64,000 bases of DNA from Deltaproteobacteria bacterium (GCA_040218735.1 JAVJQW010000050.1:224001-288000); one strand, 5' to 3'. Positions 1 to 9,847 are shown, counted from the first letter of the stretch. Notes: generated by a model not told the origin, from the sequence alone. Numbers and translations: made by a program.

Positions 1-505
1 TCGCGACGTAGCTGGTGCGAATGACCTGGTGTCCACCGCCGGGTGCGTTGCCGCGACGCGAGCGTTTCGCGGAGCGCGAAGAGATCGTGTACTGGCCGTC
101 GCCGACGAGCGGCGGGTCGGCGGCTTCCATGCGATGGCAGATGTCGCAGGTGACGCCTTCGAGGTCGTCGGCGATCAGCGCGTCGAGGTCACCCTTCGAA
201 CGATCGTTGAGCCAGCCGGCGGGTGCGTGGCAGCGCAGGCAGAGCTCCGACAGCTCGGGGCGATCTTCACGCGCCGCGATGAACGCCGCGCGGAACAGCG
301 GGTCGCGTGCGGAGAGCGCCATCATCGTCGCGCGGTACGAGTGCGCCGGCCGATAGACGTCGGGGTTGTTGAAGTTGTCGTGGCAGTTACAGCTGCTCGA
401 GGGCTCGACACCCAGGATGAGCTCGTTCGGCTGCGTCCCGCCAAGTTCGGCGCCCTGACTGGCGAGCGTCGCGCCCAGGGCGACGGCCACGAAGGTCGTC
501 GTCAC
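1..505 (-). CDS. Multiheme c-type cytochrome, exported (partial, runs off the left edge; not in the ORF track)
   Basis: Manual translation from GTG at 505: MTTTFVAVALGATLASQG (signal-like), then CNCH (380-391), MMALSARDPLF, CLRCH (227-241), GVTCDICH (134-148). The frame is open to position 1. Confidence 0.85.
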   Translation of the reverse strand, partial: MTTTFVAVALGATLASQGAELGGTQPNELILGVEPSSSCNCHDNFNNPDVYRPAHSYRATMMALSARDPLFRAAFIAAREDRPELSELCLRCHAPAGWLNDRSKGDLDALIADDLEGVTCDICHRMEAADPPLVGDGQYTISSRSAKRSRRGNAPGGGHQVIRTSYVA

Positions 506-578
506 GGCCTGGGATCCTAGCGCAAAAAGCGAAAGTGCTGGGCATCGACCGGACGAAGGCCCTAGCTTCGTCGGCGGT

Positions 579-1292
579 TTGATTCAGACGTTCCACGTCA
601 CCAAGGTCTACGACCAAGGGGATCGCCCGGCGCTCCACGACGTGAGCCTCACGATCGAAAAAGGCGAGTTCGTCTTCCTCACCGGACCATCCGGCGCGGG
701 CAAGTCGACGCTGCTCAAGATGTTGTTCGTGGCCGAGAAGCCGACCCGCGGACAGATCTTGGTGAACGGCCGAAACGTCGCGACGCTCAAGCCGCGACAG
801 ATTCCTCACCTCCGTCGCGAGGTGGGTGTGGTGTTCCAGGATTTCAAACTCATTCAAACGCGCACCGTCCACGAAAACGTGGCCTATGCGCTGCACGTCG
901 TCGGGCTCCCCGAGCGCGAGATCCGTCGCCGCGTGATGCGGGTGCTCAAGGGGGTCGGTTTGTTCCACAAAGCGAACGTCCTTCCGCCCAAACTGTCCGG
1001 CGGCGAGCAGCAGCGCGTCGCGATCGCGCGCGCGCTCGTGAACGATCCGATGCTCCTCCTCGCGGACGAGCCGACCGGCAACCTCGACCGCGAGATCACC
1101 GACGAGCTCGTGAACCTCCTCGAGGACGCCAACGCACGCGGCACGACCGTGGTCGTCGCGACCCACGATCGCGACCTGATCGACCGACACCCGAAGCGGG
1201 TCATCTATCTCAAGAGCGGCGTCCTCGAGAGCACCGGGACGGGGCCGGGGGACCGCATCCCGGAGCCCACGCCGATTCGTCGCGCGCAGTGA
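579..1292 (+). CDS. ftsE: Cell division ABC ATPase FtsE
   Basis: GEFVFLTGPSGAGKST Walker A, IPHLRREVGVVFQDFKL (FtsE-typical), LSGGEQQRVAIARA signature, LLADEPTGNLD, ATHD; TTG start. Confidence 0.88.
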   Translation: MIQTFHVTKVYDQGDRPALHDVSLTIEKGEFVFLTGPSGAGKSTLLKMLFVAEKPTRGQILVNGRNVATLKPRQIPHLRREVGVVFQDFKLIQTRTVHENVAYALHVVGLPEREIRRRVMRVLKGVGLFHKANVLPPKLSGGEQQRVAIARALVNDPMLLLADEPTGNLDREITDELVNLLEDANARGTTVVVATHDRDLIDRHPKRVIYLKSGVLESTGTGPGDRIPEPTPIRRAQ

Positions 1293-1386
1293 CCGCTCCG
1301 ATCACACGTACAGAGCGCATCCGACCAACGGCCCATTTGTGCGTCAACGGGGCACCAGATCGGTCACTTCGGTCGATACTTCGCCC

Positions 1387-4300
1387 ATGCGGCGCACTAC
1401 AGGTCTCTTCAGCCTCGCTCTGATCCTCTCCGCCTGCTCCGGCGCCGAGACCCCTCCCCCCCAGAACAAGACCGCGAAAATACTCGCCTTCGTCGCCATG
1501 CCGACCACGATCGCGCTCGGCGAGGAGGTCACGTTGAGCTGGGACACCGTGGGCACGAACGGGGTCAACATCGAGCCGCGCGTCGGCCTCCAGCTCGCGA
1601 GCGGGACCGCCACCGACCGACCGTTGGTCGATACGACCTATGTCCTGACCGTTCCGGGGGGACCCGAGGATCTGCGAGCGATGGTCCAGGTTCAGGTGAC
1701 CGGGACCGTCCCCGAGGTCACGACCTTCACTGCGAACCCGCGCACGATCATGGAGAACGGATCGTCGACGCTGAGCTGGACGACGCTCATGGCGGACACC
1801 GTCGACATCGAGCCCGGTGTCGTCAGCGGCGGCATGGCCAACGGCAGCATCGAAGTCACGCCCGCGGTCACGACGACGTACCGCATCGTCGCGCGCGCCG
1901 GGGATCAAGTGTCGCCGCCGCAGGAAGTCACCGTCGTCGTCGCGAGCGGCAACCAACCCATCATCAAGACCTTCTCCGCGTCCGCCCAGACGGTGCAGGC
2001 CGGCACGCCCGTTACGCTGACTTGGGACACGAGCAACGCGGACCGCGTCGCGATCGATCAGGGCATCGGTGAACAAGCGACGATGGGCATGGTCGAGGTC
2101 ACGCCGAGCCAGACGACGACGTACACCCTCTCCGCGGTCGGCCCCGGCGGACAAGCGAACGCGTCCGTCACCGTCACGGTGATCGCCAACGGCGATCCCG
2201 AGATCACCCGCTTCGACGCCGTGCCCCCGCGCATCACGAACGGCGGCTCGAGCCAGCTGTTCTGGGACACGAACAACGCCGCGAACGTCATGATCGACAA
2301 CGGCATCGGCACGCAGCCCGCGAAGGGCGACGTGTTCGTGTCACCCGCGCAGACCACGACGTACACAATCACCGCGCTCGGTAACGGGATGCAGGTGACG
2401 CAGCAAGTGACGGTCGAAGTCGTCGCGGGCAACGAGCCGTTGATCGCGGACTTCTCGGCGAGCCCCGCCGCCGTTCTCGAGGGCGGCGCGTCCACGCTGT
2501 CGTGGACGACGATGAACGTCGCGAGCGTCGACATCGACAACGGCGTCGGCATGGGCCTGCCCGCGAACGGCACGATCGGCGTGACGCCGATGCAAACGAC
2601 GACGTACACGATCACCGCGCGCGGCATGAACGGCAGCGACGTGACCGCGCAGGTCACGGTCACCGTGACGCCGCCCCCACCCACCGTGCTCACGTTCGCG
2701 GCGCAGCCGGCGTCGGTCGTCGCGGGTGGTTCGACGACGCTGTCGTGGAACACGACGAACGCGACGAGCGTCATGATCGACAACGGCGTCGGCATGCAGT
2801 CGGCGGTCGGTCAGATCATGGTGAGCCCGGCGCAGACGACGACGTACCAGCTCACCGCGGTGGGCCCCGGTGGATCGAACACCGCGCAGGTCACCGTCAC
2901 CGTCACCGGAGCGAACGCGCCGATCATCAACACGTTCACCGGATCGCCGCAGCAGATCGCGCCGGGCGCCGCCGCGACGCTCGCGTGGGACGTGACGAAC
3001 TCGACGAGTGTGTCGATCGACAACGGCATCGGCATGCAGATGGCGACGGGCTCGGTGATGGTGTCGCCGTCGCAGACCACGACGTACACGCTCACCGCGG
3101 TCGGCGCCGGCGGCATGACGACCGCGCAGGTGACGATCACCGTCGCGTCGATCTCCGGCGACACGTGCGCGGACGCCTTCGTCATCACGCAGAGCGGGAC
3201 GTTCACGGGCAACACACAGACCGCATCGAACGACTACTCCGCTTCGAACAGCTGCACCGGCTACGCGTCGACCGGACCGGACGTCGTCTACCGCGTCACG
3301 CTGCAGGCCGGCGATCGGTTGCAGGCCTCGCTCGCGCCGTCGTCCGGCTTCTGGGACACGTCGATCTACCTCGTCACGAGCTGCTCGATGATCGCGCAGA
3401 GCTGCGTCGCGGGGCAGGACAACGGCAACCCCGAAGAGATCGACTACACGACGCTCGTGTCGGGTGACTTCTTCCTGATCGTCGACGGCTACGCGGGCGC
3501 GGGCGGCGCCTACGATCTCGACGTGACGATCGGCCCGGCGCCGATCGCAAACGACACCTGCGGCGGCGCGATCGACGTGACCGCCGGCGGCACGTTCAAC
3601 GGCAACACCACCAACGCGATGCCCGACTACAACACCGCGGGGCTCTCGGGCTGCACCGGCTTCTCGGCCGCGTCGAACGACGTCGTCTACAGCGTGGACC
3701 TCGCCGCGGGGGAGCGCCTCCAGGCCACGATGACCGCGAGCTGGGACGCGTCGCTGTACGTCGTCACCGACTGCGCGAACACCACGACCACGTGTGTCGC
3801 GGGGCAGGACGACGGCAACCCGGAGGAGGTCGACTTCACCGCGATGACGGCCGGCACGTACTTCATCATCGCCGACGGCTACAACACCGCGAGCGGCACG
3901 TTCACGCTCGACGTCACGGTGAGCCCGCCGGTCAACGGCGGCGACCAGTGCACGAACGCGGTGATGGTCGGCGTGGGTGGGGGCTCGTTCCAGTCGACGA
4001 CGGTCGGCCTCGCGAACGACTACGATCCGCCGACGTCGTGCACCGGCTACGCGCAGCCGGGCGCGGACCAGGTGTACGCGATGTCGCTGCAACCGGGTGA
4101 CGTCGTCGAAGGTGTCGTCGACTTCGAGATGGGCCTCGACGGATCGCTGTACGTCGTCACGGACTGCGCGGACCTCGGGACGTCGTGTGTGACCGGCGCG
4201 GACGACGGCGTCGACGGCGAGTCCGAAGAGGTCCGCTTCGTCGCCCAGACCGCCGGCACGTACTACGCGATCGTGGACGCCGCGTTCTCCTCGGACTCGG

Positions 4301-5130
4301 GAACACACGACCTACTGCTCGCGCAGTACGACGGCGACACCTGCGCGAACGCCGCGCCGCTGCTCACCGACGGCACCGCGGAGTGGACGACGACCGCGGG
4401 CGAGACGAACGACTACTCACCGAACTCCGGCGGGTGCACCGGCTTCACCGCGAGCGGACCGGACCGTGTCTTCTCCGTCGCGGTCACGCCCGGCGATCAG
4501 CTGCACGTGCAGTACGCGAGGAGCGCCGGCTACGACGCGTCGCTCTACGTCGTCGAGAACTGCGCCGACGTGAACGGCAGCTGCGTCGCGGGCAGCGACC
4601 GCGGCGTGAACGCAGACGAAGAAGTGGCGCCCGTCTTCGCGAGCTCCACGACGGTGTACGTGATCGCGGACGGGTTCGCGGGCGCCTCGGGCACCGCGAA
4701 CATCACCGCCGAGATCCGACGCGGCGACACCTGCGCCGACGCGTACGTGGTGCCGGAGGGCGGCGGTACATTCAATGGAACCACGTTCGGCTACGGCGCC
4801 GACCTGGGCACGAACACGAGCGCGAACAGCTGCACGAACTTCACGCAGGATGGCAACGACGCGGTCTACGCCGTCACGGTCGACGCGGGGGACACGATCA
4901 CCGCGGAGGTCACGTCGACCTGGGACGCCTCGCTCTACCTGGTCACGGACTGCGCCGCCTCGGCGACCACGTGTGTGGCCGGCCAGGACAACGGCAACCC
5001 GGAGACCATCACGTATACGAACAGCTCGGGCAGCGCGCAGACGTACTTCCTCGTCGTGGATGCGTGGCGGGCGAGCGCGGGTACCGTCGTGCGCGAGGGC
5101 AACTACACCCTCACCATCTCGACGATGTGA
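1387..5130 (+). CDS. Large surface lipoprotein: 7 Ig/PKD-like beta-sandwich repeats followed by 5 Cys-containing PPC-like domains
   Basis: Lipobox LILSAC after ATG 1387. Seven ~80-aa repeats (F.A.P..I..G....L.W...IDNG.G....P..TTTY.L.A.G) and five ~125-aa repeats (DTC..A...G.T....DY...CTG....D.VY....D.SLY.V..C....CVAG.D). Confidence 0.85.
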   Translation: MRRTTGLFSLALILSACSGAETPPPQNKTAKILAFVAMPTTIALGEEVTLSWDTVGTNGVNIEPRVGLQLASGTATDRPLVDTTYVLTVPGGPEDLRAMVQVQVTGTVPEVTTFTANPRTIMENGSSTLSWTTLMADTVDIEPGVVSGGMANGSIEVTPAVTTTYRIVARAGDQVSPPQEVTVVVASGNQPIIKTFSASAQTVQAGTPVTLTWDTSNADRVAIDQGIGEQATMGMVEVTPSQTTTYTLSAVGPGGQANASVTVTVIANGDPEITRFDAVPPRITNGGSSQLFWDTNNAANVMIDNGIGTQPAKGDVFVSPAQTTTYTITALGNGMQVTQQVTVEVVAGNEPLIADFSASPAAVLEGGASTLSWTTMNVASVDIDNGVGMGLPANGTIGVTPMQTTTYTITARGMNGSDVTAQVTVTVTPPPPTVLTFAAQPASVVAGGSTTLSWNTTNATSVMIDNGVGMQSAVGQIMVSPAQTTTYQLTAVGPGGSNTAQVTVTVTGANAPIINTFTGSPQQIAPGAAATLAWDVTNSTSVSIDNGIGMQMATGSVMVSPSQTTTYTLTAVGAGGMTTAQVTITVASISGDTCADAFVITQSGTFTGNTQTASNDYSASNSCTGYASTGPDVVYRVTLQAGDRLQASLAPSSGFWDTSIYLVTSCSMIAQSCVAGQDNGNPEEIDYTTLVSGDFFLIVDGYAGAGGAYDLDVTIGPAPIANDTCGGAIDVTAGGTFNGNTTNAMPDYNTAGLSGCTGFSAASNDVVYSVDLAAGERLQATMTASWDASLYVVTDCANTTTTCVAGQDDGNPEEVDFTAMTAGTYFIIADGYNTASGTFTLDVTVSPPVNGGDQCTNAVMVGVGGGSFQSTTVGLANDYDPPTSCTGYAQPGADQVYAMSLQPGDVVEGVVDFEMGLDGSLYVVTDCADLGTSCVTGADDGVDGESEEVRFVAQTAGTYYAIVDAAFSSDSGTHDLLLAQYDGDTCANAAPLLTDGTAEWTTTAGETNDYSPNSGGCTGFTASGPDRVFSVAVTPGDQLHVQYARSAGYDASLYVVENCADVNGSCVAGSDRGVNADEEVAPVFASSTTVYVIADGFAGASGTANITAEIRRGDTCADAYVVPEGGGTFNGTTFGYGADLGTNTSANSCTNFTQDGNDAVYAVTVDAGDTITAEVTSTWDASLYLVTDCAASATTCVAGQDNGNPETITYTNSSGSAQTYFLVVDAWRASAGTVVREGNYTLTISTM

Positions 5131-5334
5131 CGACCGAAAAACACGTCGGGATCGGCTGCGCCTCATCCGCGGTCGAAGACGGCGACGAGACTACATACGA
5201 AGGCAACGCGCCCTCGCGTTCGTGATGTCAGGGCTTTACGGGTGCCCGAAGGCGACGCGGTGACCGAGACCGCAGAGGCGGGATCGCTCGGCGTGTTCCT
5301 CCGGCGATGCCGGAGGAACCACGCGAGCCCGTTG

Positions 5335-5769
5335 TTACTCGGGGAAGATGTACTGCGGGCAGTTGCCCGAGTTCAGGTGGCCGGAGATGTTCCAGATCCC
5401 GTCCACGAAGCAGAGGTAGACACTCCCCTGCGGGTTGTCCGCGCTCGCGGCGAACTCGCACGCGTCGGCGCCCGTCGTGGACGACGCGACCACGCGAAGG
5501 TCGTAGATGCCGCAATCGAGCGAGATCGAAGCCTCCGCGTCCGGCGCGAGGCTGCTGCCGATCAGGTTCTCGTAATCCCCAGAGGCCTCCCCGAAGGTCA
5601 TTTCGCCCCCTTCGGAAGAGAACTCGCTGCCCTCTTCGCCCCGGTAGCGGACCGAAACTTCCTCGACGGTCAGACCGCTGTCGTTCACGATCGTCTCGGT
5701 CGGGCCAACATTCGAGCAGGCGGTAGCAAGGCCTAGAGCGGCCAGAAACGTCACTTGAGCCCTATTCAT
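5335..5769 (-). CDS. Small hypothetical lipoprotein
   Basis: MNRAQVTFLAALGLATAC lipobox; GGAG upstream; beta-rich with four further Cys. Confidence 0.7.
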   Translation of the reverse strand: MNRAQVTFLAALGLATACSNVGPTETIVNDSGLTVEEVSVRYRGEEGSEFSSEGGEMTFGEASGDYENLIGSSLAPDAEASISLDCGIYDLRVVASSTTGADACEFAASADNPQGSVYLCFVDGIWNISGHLNSGNCPQYIFPE

Positions 5770-6015
5770 CTCAACTCCCAGGCGCCGATGCGCGTCAGAT
5801 AATCCACCACCGATCCCCGCCCAAAACCCCTTGGGACGAATCCGGTCTCGTTGGCGTCCGGACGGAACGGTTATGTCGGTCCAGCGGGCGAGTCAAGACA
5901 CCCATTACATACCGAACAGTTCGTACCTCGCGGTAATCACTCCGAGTTCGCGTTTGGCCCGCCCTTGACCTGATCGCCGAAGCGGGCGAGAGAGCCCCTG
6001 CGCTGTGACACCACG

Positions 6016-6882
6016 ATGACACGCTCAACACATTGCGGAGATATTCCGCGGACGCAGCCAGGCTCGACGACGATCCGGAGGATCGTCGCGGGGAAGACCG
6101 CCCGCAGGATCGTCGCGGGTGCGATCGCCGTCGCGGCCCTCGGCCTGCCGATCCCCCACACGGAGGCGGGTGACCTCGATCGGGCGATCCAGCTGGTCCT
6201 CAAGATGAATACGGCTGCAGCGCAGTCGCAGAAGAAGGTCGACAAGCTCGACGACCAGAAGACGGACCTGCTGAACGAGTTCCGAGCCGTGCAGCAGCAG
6301 ATGGCTTCGATCCGGGATTACAACGCCCAGGTCCAATCGCTGGTCGACGCCCAGGAGACCCAGGCGAACGACCTGCAGCGCCAGATCGACGACGCCACGT
6401 CGGTCGGACGGGGTGTGACCCCGATGATGCTGCGGATGATCGAGTCGCTCAAAGCGTTCGTGGACCTCGACGCGCCCTTCCTCCTCGAGGAGCGGCGCTC
6501 GCGCGTCACGCAGCTCGAGAAGCTCATGGCCCGCGCGGACGTCACCGAAGCGGAGAAGTACCGGCGGATCACCGAGGCCTACCAGATCGAAAACGAGTAC
6601 GGCCGCACCATCGAGGCCTACCGCGGCACCCTGGAGGGTGAGGGGAGCGACGGTCGTACGGTCGAGTTCCTCCGCGTCGGCCGCGTCGTCCTCGTGTACC
6701 GCACGTTCGACGGCGAAGAGCTCGGCGTCTGGGACCAGACCAACCGCAAGTGGGTCCCGCTCGGCGCCGACTACAAGAAGGCGATCAAGGACGGCTTCCG
6801 GATCGCTCGCAAGCAGGCCGCGCCGAACCTCTTCCGCGTGCCGGTCGCCGCGCCGCAGAAGGCGCAGGAGGCCACGCCGTGA
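6016..6882 (+). CDS. DUF3450 / TtpB-like periplasmic coiled-coil protein of a TonB2-type system
   Basis: AAQSQKKVDKL, FVDLDAPFLLEER, EKYRRITEAYQIENEYGRTIEAY, VEFLRVGRV, ARKQAAP motifs; first gene of an exbB/exbD/tonB cluster. Exact start uncertain. Confidence 0.85.
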   Translation: MTRSTHCGDIPRTQPGSTTIRRIVAGKTARRIVAGAIAVAALGLPIPHTEAGDLDRAIQLVLKMNTAAAQSQKKVDKLDDQKTDLLNEFRAVQQQMASIRDYNAQVQSLVDAQETQANDLQRQIDDATSVGRGVTPMMLRMIESLKAFVDLDAPFLLEERRSRVTQLEKLMARADVTEAEKYRRITEAYQIENEYGRTIEAYRGTLEGEGSDGRTVEFLRVGRVVLVYRTFDGEELGVWDQTNRKWVPLGADYKKAIKDGFRIARKQAAPNLFRVPVAAPQKAQEATP

Positions 6883-8303
6883 AACATCGCATCCTCTGCA
6901 GCAGCCTCCTCGCGCTCGGCCTCGCCGCTCCGACGGCGGCGCGCGCGCAAGCGCCCTCGCTCGACGCCCTCCTCGCGAAGGTGAAGAAGGGCTACCGCGA
7001 AGACGGCAAGGAACTCGCCGCGCGCGAGGCCGAGTTCAAGCGCGACCGCGACAAACAAGCCAAGCTCCTCGCGGACGCGAAGAAGGCGCTCGCCGCCGCC
7101 GAGGCGCGCAGCACCGCGCTCGAGCGCAAGTTCCAGGACAACGAGGTTCGGCTCACGGAGCTCGAGGCCACGCTGCGCACGCGCCTCGGCACGATGGGTG
7201 AGCTGTTCGGTGTCGTGCGTCAGGTCGCGGGCGACACGGTCGTCCAGCTCGACACGTCGATGGTGAGCTCGCAGCTCCCGGGCCGCGGGGCGAAGATCGA
7301 AAAGCTCGCGCAGAGCGAAGCGCTCCCCTCGATCCAGGAGCTCGAGCACCTGTGGTTCACGCTGCAGCAGGAGATGACGGAGTCCGGCAAGGTCGTTCGG
7401 TACTCCGCGACGGTCATCGACGACGTCGGCAAGAAGACGCAGCAGGAGGTCGTCCGCGTCGGCACGTTCAACGCGATCGGCAACGGCGGCTACCTGCAGT
7501 ACCTCCCCGACGTCCAGCAGCTCGCCGTGCTCGCAAGGCAGCCTGCGGATCGTTACCTCTCCGCGGTGCGCGAGCTCGAAGGCTCCAGCTCGGGCTTCGT
7601 CCGCTTCCCGCTCGATCCTTCACGCGGCGCGATCCTCGGACTGTTGATCGAGACGCCGAGCGTCGAAGAGCGCGTGCAGCTCGGTGGTGTCATCGGCTAC
7701 GTCGTGCTCGGCCTCGGCGCGTTCGCGCTGTTGATCGGCCTGCTGCGGTTCTTCGGGCTGCTGCTCACGGACATGAAGATCCGCGCGCAGCTTCGGAGCA
7801 AGACCGCCAACGACAACAACCCGGTCGGTCGTGTGCTCAAGGCATTCGAAGCGAACCGCCACCTGAGCCTCGAAGACCTCGAGCGCAAGCTCGACGAAGT
7901 CATCGTGCGCGAAGCCGCCCGCCTCGATCGGTTCCTGTGGATCGTGAAGGTCGTCGCGGTCTCCGCACCGCTGCTCGGTCTGCTCGGCACCGTCACCGGC
8001 ATGATCCGCACGTTCCAGGCGATCACGCTGTTCGGCACCGGCGATCCGAAGCTGATGGCCGGCGGCATCTCCGAGGCGCTCGTCACCACGATGCTCGGGC
8101 TCGTCACCGCGATCCCGCTCGTCCTGATCCACGCGATGCTCCAGAACCTGAGCCGTCGGATGCAGGACATCGTCGACGAGCAGGCCGCCGGGGTCGTCGC
8201 GACGCGCGCCGAGGAAAACGCCGCGCCCAAGGCGCCGCCGCCGCCCGCTGCGCCGCCTGCGCCGCCGGCCGCGCCGGTCCCCGCCGGGGGGGTGGATGCC
8301 TAG
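6879..8303 (+). CDS. Large MotA/TolQ/ExbB-family protein with periplasmic N-terminal domain (TtpC-like)
   Basis: GTG at 6879 overlaps the upstream TGA. Signal peptide, GELFGVVRQ, VRVGTFNA, DPSRG, C-terminal APLLGLLGTVTGMI...MAGGISEALVTT. Confidence 0.88.
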   Translation: MKHRILCSSLLALGLAAPTAARAQAPSLDALLAKVKKGYREDGKELAAREAEFKRDRDKQAKLLADAKKALAAAEARSTALERKFQDNEVRLTELEATLRTRLGTMGELFGVVRQVAGDTVVQLDTSMVSSQLPGRGAKIEKLAQSEALPSIQELEHLWFTLQQEMTESGKVVRYSATVIDDVGKKTQQEVVRVGTFNAIGNGGYLQYLPDVQQLAVLARQPADRYLSAVRELEGSSSGFVRFPLDPSRGAILGLLIETPSVEERVQLGGVIGYVVLGLGAFALLIGLLRFFGLLLTDMKIRAQLRSKTANDNNPVGRVLKAFEANRHLSLEDLERKLDEVIVREAARLDRFLWIVKVVAVSAPLLGLLGTVTGMIRTFQAITLFGTGDPKLMAGGISEALVTTMLGLVTAIPLVLIHAMLQNLSRRMQDIVDEQAAGVVATRAEENAAPKAPPPPAAPPAPPAAPVPAGGVDA

Positions 8304-8820
8304 CTTCGCCGATCTCTACGAGGAGTTCCTCGCGTTCATGGACCTCGGCGGTGCCGTGGCCTGGCCGCTGCTCTTCGTGACTTTGATGATGTGGACGCTG
8401 ATCGTCGATCGCTTCTGGTACGTCTGGCTCAACCACCCGAAGGTCCGGAAGCGGATCGTCGGCGAGTGGACGGCCCGCGCCGAGCGCGACTCCTGGTACG
8501 CGAACCACATCCGGCGGCGCCTCATCTCCGAGGCGATGGTCGACTACAAGCGCGGCCTCATCGTGCTGCAGTCGCTCGTCGCGGTGTGCCCGCTCCTCGG
8601 TCTGCTCGGCACCGTGATGGGGATGCTCGAAGTGTTCGACGTCGTCGCGGTCTCCGGTAACGGCAACGTCCGCGCGATGGCGGCGGGCGTCTCCGAAGCC
8701 ACCGTCTCCACCATGATCGGCATGGTCATCGCGCTGTCCGGTCTCTACTTCCAAGAGCGACTGCGCCGCGGCGCGAACGCCGAGCGTCGTCGTCTCGAAG
8801 ACGCGCTGCCCACGACCTGA
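8296..8820 (+). CDS. exbB: ExbB (MotA/TolQ/ExbB proton channel)
   Basis: PLLGLLGTVMGMLEVF...MAAGVSEATVSTM; overlaps the upstream gene. Confidence 0.88.
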   Translation: MPSFADLYEEFLAFMDLGGAVAWPLLFVTLMMWTLIVDRFWYVWLNHPKVRKRIVGEWTARAERDSWYANHIRRRLISEAMVDYKRGLIVLQSLVAVCPLLGLLGTVMGMLEVFDVVAVSGNGNVRAMAAGVSEATVSTMIGMVIALSGLYFQERLRRGANAERRRLEDALPTT

Positions 8821-8829
8821 GGTCCATCG

Positions 8830-9237
8830 ATGAGAAGCCGCAGAGTTAGGGAAGAGGAAGACAACGGGATCGACATCACCCCGATGATCGACATCGTCTT
8901 CATCATGCTGATCTTCTTCATCGTCACCGCCTCCTTCATCAAGGAGTCCGGGGTCGAGGTGAATCGCCCGGGCGCGGTGACGGCGGAGCGCAAGGAGCGC
9001 GCGTCGATCCTCGTCGCCATCGACGAAAACGATCAGGTCTGGGTCGACAAACGGCCGGTCGACGTCCAGGCGGTGCGCGCGAACATCGAACGCCTGCGCG
9101 CCGAGAACCCCGAAGGCGGCGTGGTCATCCAGGCCGACACCAAATCCAAGAACGGCATCCTCGTGAAGGTTCTGGACGCCGCGAAGCTGGCGGGCGTCGA
9201 TGACGTCTCGCTCGCCGCGACGCCCATCGGAGAGTGA
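8830..9237 (+). CDS. exbD: ExbD biopolymer transporter
   Basis: IDITPMIDIVFIMLIFFIVT with the essential TM Asp; VVIQAD; VKVLDAAKLAG. Confidence 0.92.
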   Translation: MRSRRVREEEDNGIDITPMIDIVFIMLIFFIVTASFIKESGVEVNRPGAVTAERKERASILVAIDENDQVWVDKRPVDVQAVRANIERLRAENPEGGVVIQADTKSKNGILVKVLDAAKLAGVDDVSLAATPIGE

Positions 9238-9240
9238 GTG

Positions 9241-9846
9241 ATGGTTCGGGTGGGTGCATCAGTGCTGATCGCCGTGGGCGTGACCTATGGGTTGTTCACG
9301 TTCATGCGCCTGCTCGTCGCGATGACCGACATGGGTCTTCAGGAGTACGACAAGCGCAAGCAGATCGATCTGTTCCGCGTCCGCCAGGACAGCCGCGCCG
9401 AGACCAAGAAGCGCGAGCTACCGATGAAGGCGAAGGCCGAAAAACCTCCGGAGACACCCAAGTTCGACATGTCGAACTCAGGTGGCCCGGGCGCGCAAGC
9501 CATCGCCGTGTCCGCGCCGAAGATCGAGACGTCCGTCGCGCTCAAGGGTGGGTTGAACCTGGGGGCGGCCCCGGCGGACACCAACGCGGTGCCGGTGGTG
9601 CGCGTCGAACCCATCACGCCACGGCGTGCTCAAGTCGAGGGCATCGAGGGCTGGTGCCTCGTCAAGTTCGACATCAGCACGACCGGGGCAACCCAGAACG
9701 TGAAGGCGAGCTGCCAACCCCGAGGCATCTTCGAGCGGGCCACCGAGACCGCCGTGAAAAAATGGAAATACAAACCCAAGGTCGTGGACGGGAAGGCGCT
9801 CTTGCAGCGCGGCCTGAAAGTGAAGTTGAGCTTCAAGCTGGACTGA
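9241..9846 (+). CDS. tonB: Energy transducer TonB
   Basis: N-terminal TM anchor, K/P-rich linker, C-terminal VEPITPRRAQVEGIEGWCLVKFDI...FERA...AVKKWKYKP. Confidence 0.85.
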   Translation: MVRVGASVLIAVGVTYGLFTFMRLLVAMTDMGLQEYDKRKQIDLFRVRQDSRAETKKRELPMKAKAEKPPETPKFDMSNSGGPGAQAIAVSAPKIETSVALKGGLNLGAAPADTNAVPVVRVEPITPRRAQVEGIEGWCLVKFDISTTGATQNVKASCQPRGIFERATETAVKKWKYKPKVVDGKALLQRGLKVKLSFKLD

Positions 9847-9847
9847 G

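Noticed and set aside
5770-6015. Possible cobalamin/TPP riboswitch or sigma54 promoter upstream of the TonB operon
   Set aside because: No recognisable riboswitch core by eye, and tggcccgcccttga lacks the GG-N10-GC spacing. An Rfam/Infernal scan would be needed to exclude it fully.
6076-6120. Duplicated RRIVAG (27-bp spacing) in the DUF3450 signal region as a Tat motif or a mobile-element scar
   Set aside because: Only a short local duplication, with no S/T-R-R-x-F-L consensus and no element hallmarks.
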